NCBI GenBank assembly: GCA_018436855.1
Contig: JAHDKO010000016.1
Location: forward strand, 7,286-71,285
Direction: 5' to 3'
Length of the DNA: 64,000 nt
Origin: Deltaproteobacteria bacterium
GTDB taxonomy: Bacteria > Desulfobacterota > Desulfomonilia > UBA1062
The notes under the pieces were generated by a model. It did not search any database and was not told where the DNA came from. It was given only the letters and a program-made list of their open reading frames with translations. Below are positions 57,792-64,000 of the stretch, piece after piece (position 1 is the stretch's first letter; every line of letters begins with the position of its first letter). The translations under genes and the position numbers were made by a program.

Positions 57792-58067
57792 ATGAAAAAA
57801 CAAATCCTCGCAGTGTTGACACTATTGTTTCTCGTATCGATTATCGCAGCCATTGGGTGTGAGAACAGTATTCGTGAGTATTTTCCGAGGTTTGATGGTA
57901 ATCTTTATGCTTCGGGGAGTATTTTTCTTTTTGGGTTCACATATGCCATGGTCGTTCGGAACTTTATTATTTTTTTTATTTCAATGGCAGCGGCCATTGC
58001 TACACCGTGGGTTGCCGAGTGGTTTCACTCTCACTGGCCGTACATAATCCACATAATGACAAATTAG
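57792..58067 (+). CDS. small membrane protein
   Basis: Three hydrophobic helices. ATG 57792. Confidence 0.45.
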   Translation: MKKQILAVLTLLFLVSIIAAIGCENSIREYFPRFDGNLYASGSIFLFGFTYAMVVRNFIIFFISMAAAIATPWVAEWFHSHWPYIIHIMTN

Positions 58068-58077
58068 GAGGATTGAC

Positions 58078-58821
58078 ATGGGTAAGGGCTCTCTTTCATC
58101 GGCGGCAGTAATACCCATTGGTGACTCGAAAAAAACTACTCGACGGCTCCCGCATCTGATTGACGCGATGAGCGATATTCAACAGTATTATATTTTCGAA
58201 TCAACGGGTCAGGAAATACCTCATGAATTTCTCACCATAAGAGATTCTCTCGGATTTTTTAACACAGGTTTTGGAGCCGGTTTTTTTGAGGGGTTAATGT
58301 TTTCCATCCTGCTCACGATATGTATGCCACTCGTAATCGACACACATGCTATGAACGTCCTGACTACGGCGATCCCGTTTTTGGGCTCTCCCTGGTTTCT
58401 CATTTTCTTTTCCATAACCCCGGTTCTCTTCGCATGTGCGCTGTGCTGCTGGATGGGTAAATACTATGTTGGCAGCATAACCAAACGGGCAATCGATAAT
58501 TTATTGCTTGGCCGCGCCACTTCCCTGTTTCTCACAGGTTTTTTGCTGTTCACCATCCTTACAACAGTGGGTGCGTTGTTAACTCCTGCCAGGGCATACA
58601 GTGCCGGCATGTATCTGGCGGGAGTGTTTCCTGCTGGATCTATGATTCCGCAGACTGTGTATGATATTTTGCTGAACCTTCCTCCGATCATGGTGCGCCG
58701 GGCTATTCATCAGGGGATCATATTAATAACAGGTGTTGCGCTTCCCTACCTCACAATATGGGGAGTCGTTTATTTTCGAGATCGTTATATTTCGTACCAA
58801 AATTCCAAAATAGGTCACTAG
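58078..58821 (+). CDS. polytopic membrane protein (possible TM domain of a split type IV coupling protein)
   Basis: 247 aa with 5-6 predicted TM helices, immediately upstream of the ATPase. AGGAGG RBS. Confidence 0.45.
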   Translation: MGKGSLSSAAVIPIGDSKKTTRRLPHLIDAMSDIQQYYIFESTGQEIPHEFLTIRDSLGFFNTGFGAGFFEGLMFSILLTICMPLVIDTHAMNVLTTAIPFLGSPWFLIFFSITPVLFACALCCWMGKYYVGSITKRAIDNLLLGRATSLFLTGFLLFTILTTVGALLTPARAYSAGMYLAGVFPAGSMIPQTVYDILLNLPPIMVRRAIHQGIILITGVALPYLTIWGVVYFRDRYISYQNSKIGH

Positions 58822-58830
58822 GAGAATAAC

Positions 58831-60171
58831 ATGTTTAAAAGAAAATCTGATCGCATTCTTGTCGGGACCGGGAAGATGCTCAATAAATTTGGGAAAGAGC
58901 TTCCCAGGATTATGTCGTTGGGAATTCCTAATGCATATCGCAAATCGCACATGTTCTGCTTCGGAACCACCAGGGTAGGAAAGACAAAGCTGATTGAAAC
59001 CCTCATTGAACAAGATATACGCGCAGGCAGATCGGTACTGCTTCTCGACCCAAAGGGTGACATTGAAATATTCAGCAAGATCGTCCAGGTTGCATCAGAG
59101 GTTGGTCGTGAAAACGAGATCACGCTGGTCACTCCTATATTTCCGAATTATTCCGGGAAACTCTCGCCATTGACGTATTACTACATGCCCGAGGAAATTG
59201 TAGGTCATATCACGAGTGGTATTCAGGCCAAGGAAGAGTTTTTTGTCAATATTGCATACGAGACAACGCTTGTGATCGTGCTCTCGCTGTTGCTGTTTGC
59301 CGAGCACGAAGGTAAGCCCTACCGGATCAGCATACAGGAGATTAAGGATCGCGCATCATACCAGGGGTTGTGTGAGTTGCAGGACCGCTTAAACAATCTC
59401 CCCTACTCCGACAAGAAAGCGGACATTCTCTCTACTCTCGATCAGGTATTATCCTCTCCGCAGGACTATTTTTCCAAAGTATCATCTTCTCTGCGTACCA
59501 TGCTCACCACATTATCGACCGGCAGCATGAGGCAGATCATTGGTGGTACAACCCAGAACGAGTTTATTCATGCGCTTGAAGTCGGAAAAAGCGTGATCAT
59601 GGTTGTTCAGTCCGGTGCTCTTCTTACCGGGAAAACATCGCACACAGTATCCAGAATGCTCGTATCGATGATCCAAACATTTGCCGGCAGGCGGTTTGCC
59701 TCTGGCCGCACTGTCACCCCCCCATTGTGCGTGTACATGGATGAGGCCGCAAACCTCATGTATCATGGTGTCGAGGATTTGTTCTCTAAAGCAGGAGGCG
59801 CAGGGGTTTGGCTGCATGCGTTTTCACAGTCTCTTGCCGATCTTGATGATGCCATTGGCCCCGCTGCTGCCCGGAGAATTCTCGATAATACCAACACCAA
59901 AATTTTTATGCGTGTCAATGATCCCAATACCAGTAAGTACATCTCGGAGTACGCTGGAGACATCAATCGCTTTTCTCCAGTGCTTTCACTCGGCGGCGGG
60001 ATGAACATCAGAGAAGTTGATGAGCCCTTGATTCGCCCGGAAGAGGTCCAGAACCTAAAAGAAAGGGAGTTTTATCTTTTCTCGTTCGACGGCGCGTTCA
60101 AGGGGACAGTACGCACAGTCAAATCTCCCAAGCAAATAATCGAATTTCCACAGGTGGAGGTGAACCAATGA
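58831..60171 (+). CDS. traD: FtsK/HerA-superfamily ATPase, probable type IV coupling protein (TraD/VirD4-like) soluble domain
   Basis: Walker A FGTTRVGKTKL near the N-terminus and Walker B VYMDEAANL about 255 aa downstream. That spacing is typical of T4CPs. No N-terminal TM region. Confidence 0.5.
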   Translation: MFKRKSDRILVGTGKMLNKFGKELPRIMSLGIPNAYRKSHMFCFGTTRVGKTKLIETLIEQDIRAGRSVLLLDPKGDIEIFSKIVQVASEVGRENEITLVTPIFPNYSGKLSPLTYYYMPEEIVGHITSGIQAKEEFFVNIAYETTLVIVLSLLLFAEHEGKPYRISIQEIKDRASYQGLCELQDRLNNLPYSDKKADILSTLDQVLSSPQDYFSKVSSSLRTMLTTLSTGSMRQIIGGTTQNEFIHALEVGKSVIMVVQSGALLTGKTSHTVSRMLVSMIQTFAGRRFASGRTVTPPLCVYMDEAANLMYHGVEDLFSKAGGAGVWLHAFSQSLADLDDAIGPAAARRILDNTNTKIFMRVNDPNTSKYISEYAGDINRFSPVLSLGGGMNIREVDEPLIRPEEVQNLKEREFYLFSFDGAFKGTVRTVKSPKQIIEFPQVEVNQ

Positions 60172-61634
60172 TATTTTATATCCTTATGATTCCACTTATT
60201 ATATTGTTAATTTACCTCATCTTCTGGGGTGATAAATTATTCCCTGATAAGCGGGTACAGCAAGCCGAAACCGGGGCAGTGACACTTGAAGAATTGGCAA
60301 ACAAGCTCTGGCTGAAACGAGAACGGGAGCTTGAGGATGAGTTGGCATCAAAAACCAAAGAGTCTATAATCACGCTCGATCCTGTCGTTCCTGTCGAGGC
60401 TGTTCCTGAGCCCGAGCAGCCTACTCCCAAGGAATCACCTACCCCCGCAAAACCGAAACCGGATGTTCCTGCTCAACAAGTGGATCAGGAAGTGAGTTCT
60501 CTGGTTCCCGAGATTCCTCATGCAGAAAACAATAAATGGAATCATCAGGAGCTGATCGACTTTGAAAATAACTTCGTCAGTCAATACAGGAATATCATTG
60601 CACAGTCTCAGCACATCATTCCGCTGCAAAAAGTGATGGAGATTCTTGATACTTATGGAGATCAGCCTTCCATTGTCTCTATGAATGATGATGATGAGTA
60701 TAAAATTCTTGGAAGTCATTACGCCACTTTCACCCAGATAACATTACTGCAACACTCTCTCAATGTTGTCTATGAGCTTGGAAAAATAATCGAAGAATCC
60801 GGCTCTCGTGATGCGAAATATTCCATGGGAAAATATATTCTTATGTGTCTTGGACACGACATCGGCAAGATCACCGAATTTCTGTCCAGTGATTATATTA
60901 CTGGAAATCATCCCATTATTTCTGCGGGTAAAATGATGGGCATACTTCCCCCAGGCACTCCGGGCAGGGATGATATTATAAACGCGATCAGGAATCATCA
61001 TGTAAGGAGTGCCAAAAATAAATCCACAATTTTACTCAGACAGGCCGATTCCAGGGCAAGAGAATACGAAGCTGAGTCCGTATCCGTTGAAAAGGCCGTC
61101 CTGGTGCGAGATCTCCTGACAGACGACCCAAACCCTGAAGCAACGAAAATTAAAAAGAAGCCCAAAATCACTGAGGCCGTTGATTTGTCTTGGGTTGATT
61201 GGGACGATGTTATTTCAAAAATTGATGAAAATATAAATGTTCCTAATGAAAACAAGTGGGTAAACGCAATTTCGGTTAGCGACGGGTACATTTACATAAA
61301 GCCTGTTCTCATCAATAAAATTATATGGCAGCAGGCAAAAGAAAAAGAAATTACCGAGTTCACGGTTTATTCCATAAAGGACAGGGAGCGGTCGGACGCT
61401 GTATCAAATTCTGTCGCAAATTATTTTCGGGATCAGTACGCTATATCCGAAACCATAAATAGACCTTATTTCACCCGTAAATTCAAACTGGTAGACAAGG
61501 ATAATAATGTTGTAAGGTCAGGTTTTTATACAGCGATCAAGGCTGAAATGTTTAAAACCCCCCTCGATGAACTAGAAGAAAGAAAACTCAATCTCGAATG
61601 GCTCATGAAAATAAAAAACGTTATTCCTGGCTGA
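60168..61634 (+). CDS. HD-domain protein with N-terminal TM helix, candidate MOB_H-type relaxase
   Basis: HD motif LLQHSL...CLGHDIGK (H...HD.GK). An NHHV triad. N-terminal MIFYILMIPLIILLIYLIF is a TM helix. Pro-rich linker. Adjacent to the T4CP as traI-traD are in SXT-like elements. Confidence 0.45.
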   Translation: MIFYILMIPLIILLIYLIFWGDKLFPDKRVQQAETGAVTLEELANKLWLKRERELEDELASKTKESIITLDPVVPVEAVPEPEQPTPKESPTPAKPKPDVPAQQVDQEVSSLVPEIPHAENNKWNHQELIDFENNFVSQYRNIIAQSQHIIPLQKVMEILDTYGDQPSIVSMNDDDEYKILGSHYATFTQITLLQHSLNVVYELGKIIEESGSRDAKYSMGKYILMCLGHDIGKITEFLSSDYITGNHPIISAGKMMGILPPGTPGRDDIINAIRNHHVRSAKNKSTILLRQADSRAREYEAESVSVEKAVLVRDLLTDDPNPEATKIKKKPKITEAVDLSWVDWDDVISKIDENINVPNENKWVNAISVSDGYIYIKPVLINKIIWQQAKEKEITEFTVYSIKDRERSDAVSNSVANYFRDQYAISETINRPYFTRKFKLVDKDNNVVRSGFYTAIKAEMFKTPLDELEERKLNLEWLMKIKNVIPG

Positions 61635-61676
61635 TTTTTTTTGAGGGCGTTTTATTTCCCCCTCAAAGAATAAGTC
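61635..61676 (+). promoter_or_regulatory. Conserved element A, copy 10
   Basis: ttttttttgagggcgttttatttccccctcaaagaataagtc, directly after the stop of the HD-domain gene. Confidence 0.5.
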
Positions 61677-61746
61677 AATTACAGAGTGTTTTAAAAGGTG
61701 TGTTTTTAAAAAGGTGCTTCATAAAAAAAATTGGAAGGAGATTATC

Positions 61747-62244
61747 ATGGCAGAATACATTCAGTTGGTAGGGGTTCCAAAAAGCATTCCCAATGAGGTG
61801 GTGATTCCCATCCCGTCGAATGTCCCCCCTATTGTGCGGCGTATCGTTTACGGCAAATTGCAGTCGGCACTCAAGCGAAACACCAGGGTTGTGTATCAGG
61901 ACATGAACGAAACCAAGATCGCCCTGGACCTTGCCATTCAGATGGAGAAGGCTACTTCGCTGCTTTTGGGCCGTGTCGGCATGAACCCGGAGGCTGTGGT
62001 CCCATTCATTCGCCAGTATTTCACAACGCTCGAAAGCATGGGCGAAATGACCAAAGCCGCATGCAAAAAGGCTGGCATTGATTACAAGGAGCCCAAGGGC
62101 CTTGCAATTGCCAGAAAAATAAATACCGAGGGGCAGGCTCCCGCAGATGATACGGAATCTGTCGAGACAGAATCTGCCGAGAAATCTCAGCCTGCCGAAA
62201 CGGAGTCCAAAGTTAAGGAGAAGCAGACAAAGGCAGCGGGGTAG
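61747..62244 (+). CDS. hypothetical protein (165 aa), acidic C-terminus
   Basis: GGAAGGAG RBS and ATG 61747. Confidence 0.45.
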   Translation: MAEYIQLVGVPKSIPNEVVIPIPSNVPPIVRRIVYGKLQSALKRNTRVVYQDMNETKIALDLAIQMEKATSLLLGRVGMNPEAVVPFIRQYFTTLESMGEMTKAACKKAGIDYKEPKGLAIARKINTEGQAPADDTESVETESAEKSQPAETESKVKEKQTKAAG

Positions 62245-62248
62245 TACC

Positions 62249-63193
62249 ATGAGCCGTATCCTGCAACCAAGATCAAAACGCATGCGGCTCCATGTGAGTT
62301 TTGATAATGTGTGGGCCGCATGCCTTATTTTGACTCCCTTTATTGGCTTGATATTGTCCGTAGGTGCTTTTGCATCCCAGATGATTACAGATCAGCCTTG
62401 TCCTGCGGAAGGATGCAAGGTGGTCGGCTCGTTCGCAACCTATGGTGAGATCCCTATTCTCCTGGCAGGGATTGTCCTGTTCGCCCTGCTCGTTGTGAAC
62501 GGGATCTGGTGTTGTTTTCATGGCGAACGGATCGACCGTATAAACAAGTTTTTGAGTTGCTTCGACATCACTCCGCACCGGGTTGTTATTATCCTTCTCG
62601 CGTCATCGTTCGCGCTTGAGGGATATTTAGTTGCTGTTCAATACTTTGCAGCTCGTGCGTTTTGTCCTTTCTGCATGTCCGTGTTTGCCGTAATTGTTCT
62701 GACGGCAATATTCTACGAATTTTATACCCGGTCCATGGTCATTCCTCTTGTATCGGCAGTATTTATAGCAACTTTTTTAGGGAGTGTTTTTGTATCACCA
62801 ACAAGATCAGACATAATTTCTCTGCCTGATCTTGTTGAATCGCAGATTCGCAAAGGTTCTCCTTCGGGAACATTCTATCTCATTTATGGACAGGACTGTT
62901 CTCATTGCGAAGATATTATTGGTTACTGTAAAGAATTCAATGGAGACATTGATGTACGCTTATGCCCTGTTGAAAAATCAAAACCGCTGCTTGACGCTCT
63001 TGATATAGACAGTGTTCCGACAATGGTTATCAATACTCCTGATCATGTGGAGATAATTGTTGGAAGTAGCAAGATTATGGAGCGCATCAATTCATCGATA
63101 AATCGGTCTGTGTTGGATTACACACTTCATAATCAATCATTTCTTACGGAAGGTGACGGCATATGCAGCAAGACTTCTCCATGCATAAATTAG
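62249..63193 (+). CDS. VKOR (vitamin K epoxide reductase)-like membrane domain fused to a thioredoxin-like domain
   Basis: TM-embedded CPFC and a C-terminal CSHC motif in a Trx-like region. About five TM helices. Confidence 0.6.
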   Translation: MSRILQPRSKRMRLHVSFDNVWAACLILTPFIGLILSVGAFASQMITDQPCPAEGCKVVGSFATYGEIPILLAGIVLFALLVVNGIWCCFHGERIDRINKFLSCFDITPHRVVIILLASSFALEGYLVAVQYFAARAFCPFCMSVFAVIVLTAIFYEFYTRSMVIPLVSAVFIATFLGSVFVSPTRSDIISLPDLVESQIRKGSPSGTFYLIYGQDCSHCEDIIGYCKEFNGDIDVRLCPVEKSKPLLDALDIDSVPTMVINTPDHVEIIVGSSKIMERINSSINRSVLDYTLHNQSFLTEGDGICSKTSPCIN

Positions 63194-63780
63194 ACAACAA
63201 TCCTGTTGCTCATTGCAGCGGGTGTCCTCTCCAGGGCGAAACTATTGTTCCGTATCTACATTCCAGGGCATCAGGGGGGATTATGATCGTAGGCGAATCT
63301 CCAGGGCATACGGAAATAGAAATCGGTCAACCGTTTGTTGGACGAGCTGGTAAATTGCTTAGGGACAACATTCAGGCTGCTGGTATTCCGTTGGGCCATG
63401 TGTTTATTGCCAATTCAGCCCGGTGTATGATTGATAAAAATCGTCTTACGGCTCGTGATATCAAGGATGTTCTAAGGCATTGCCGCCCTGCCCTTGTCTC
63501 TGCCATTCATGAGTACAAGCCGTTCCTGGTTCTCGCCTTGGGCGATATTGCGATGTATCAAATATTGGGAATAAAAGGAATCACTCAACAACGAGGCAAG
63601 GTATTTTACTCCGAGGAATTCGACTGTGGGTGTATGCCTCTTTTTCATCCCGCTTATGTTCTTCGGGGCAAACCGTCAAGGGAACCGGTATTTCTCCGGG
63701 ATCTCAAATGGGCCAAAATGCATGTCTATGTGAAACCACTGACAATGCATCAAGTCATCCAGGAAAGGAATCTTTCATGA
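63163..63780 (+). CDS. Uracil-DNA glycosylase, family 4 (Fe-S)
   Basis: GESPGHTEIEIGQPFVGRAGKLL matches the family-4 GE(A/S)PG...PFVG.AG motif. FHPAYVL matches the HPS/A motif. N-terminal CSGCP contributes cluster Cys. Confidence 0.75.
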   Translation: MQQDFSMHKLDNNPVAHCSGCPLQGETIVPYLHSRASGGIMIVGESPGHTEIEIGQPFVGRAGKLLRDNIQAAGIPLGHVFIANSARCMIDKNRLTARDIKDVLRHCRPALVSAIHEYKPFLVLALGDIAMYQILGIKGITQQRGKVFYSEEFDCGCMPLFHPAYVLRGKPSREPVFLRDLKWAKMHVYVKPLTMHQVIQERNLS

Positions 63781-63980
63781 GCCGCAAAATCGTCAACATT
63801 GAAAAATTGGTTGAGTTGTTTAGCGATGCAGGCTGGACCAAATACAAGGTTTACCACTGGACAAAGCGTGAAGAGAACCCCTTGCCACATCGGAAGAACG
63901 GCAAATGCCTGGAATTTGATCTGGAACAGGTCTACAACTGGTGGGACGGTCTTCCATCCTCCAACTTTGATTGTTCTTGA
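63777..63980 (+). CDS. small hypothetical protein (67 aa)
   Basis: ATGA overlap with the UDG stop. Confidence 0.3.
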   Translation: MSRKIVNIEKLVELFSDAGWTKYKVYHWTKREENPLPHRKNGKCLEFDLEQVYNWWDGLPSSNFDCS

Positions 63981-64000
63981 TACTTTCTCATAAACAAGTT

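Noticed and set aside
4301-61676. Element A as rho-independent terminators or REP/MITE elements
   Set aside because: There is no conserved GC-rich hairpin. The T-run sits at the 5' side in gene orientation. Orientation is strictly tied to downstream gene direction and position to start codons, which fits promoters or operators better.
1-64000. Transposase, IS or tyrosine-integrase genes; tRNA or rRNA genes
   Set aside because: No DDE, HUH or tyrosine-recombinase motifs and no tRNA-like cloverleaf sequences were recognised anywhere. The only recombinase is the small serine resolvase.

Overview
This 64-kb window reads as one accessory segment of a conjugative plasmid or ICE-like element; the host cannot be assigned from the sequence alone. 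I could run no similarity searches, so every family assignment below rests on motifs I recognise by eye in the translated ORFs.

Core content. Positions 20.5-43.4 kb (minus strand) hold an almost complete F-type (MPF_F) type IV secretion operon whose gene order closely matches SXT/R391 and IncA/C elements, as far as I recall that order. In transcription order it reads ParM/ParR-like partition pair, DsbC-like, OmpA-like, pilin, TraL, TraE, TraK, TraB, TraV, TraC, a Cys-rich 731-aa protein, TraN, TraW, TraU, TrbC, an S26 pilin-type signal peptidase, a thioredoxin-fold TraF-like protein, TraH and TraG. At 57.8-61.6 kb (plus strand) sit two membrane proteins, an FtsK/HerA-superfamily ATPase that looks like a split type IV coupling protein, and an HD-domain protein that is a candidate MOB_H-type relaxase. 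A VirB1-like lytic transglycosylase lies at 55.4 kb. TraT (entry exclusion) is at 15.1 kb and a truncated topoisomerase III runs off the window start.

Cargo and accessory genes. There is a split orphan N6-adenine methyltransferase plus SNF2 helicase, and a secreted EndoG-like nuclease with a VRR-NUC protein. A serine resolvase sits next to a RelB antitoxin and a RelE gene that has no in-frame start codon. Also present are a hybrid histidine kinase, a PAS/GAF protein, a VKOR-thioredoxin fusion and a family-4 uracil-DNA glycosylase. The most unusual cluster is a six-gene operon (49.8-52.5 kb) that combines a ribosomal L7/L12-like protein, a membrane-anchored XseA-like protein and a GGQ release-factor-domain protein.

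Non-coding structure. A conserved element of about 45 bp, consensus TTTTTTTTGAGGGCGTTTTATTTCCCnnCTCAAAGAATAATACC in gene orientation, occurs at 10 loci with at least 11 copies, always oriented toward the downstream gene. It has a good -10 (AATAAT) and no -35, and in three copies it abuts the ATG with leaderless geometry. I read it as an activator-dependent promoter family, which may be served by an element-encoded sigma-70 region-4 protein. A second promoter family of sigma-70 type (AATAATAC-TTGACA-N17-TATAnA) has five copies. Imperfect inverted repeats of about 110 bp flank a 7.8-kb module (11.07-19.04 kb) that carries the resolvase. A 2-kb repeat-rich non-coding region (43.45-45.5 kb) contains two 68-bp direct repeats and roughly 95-bp iterons, and is a candidate oriT, centromere or oriV.
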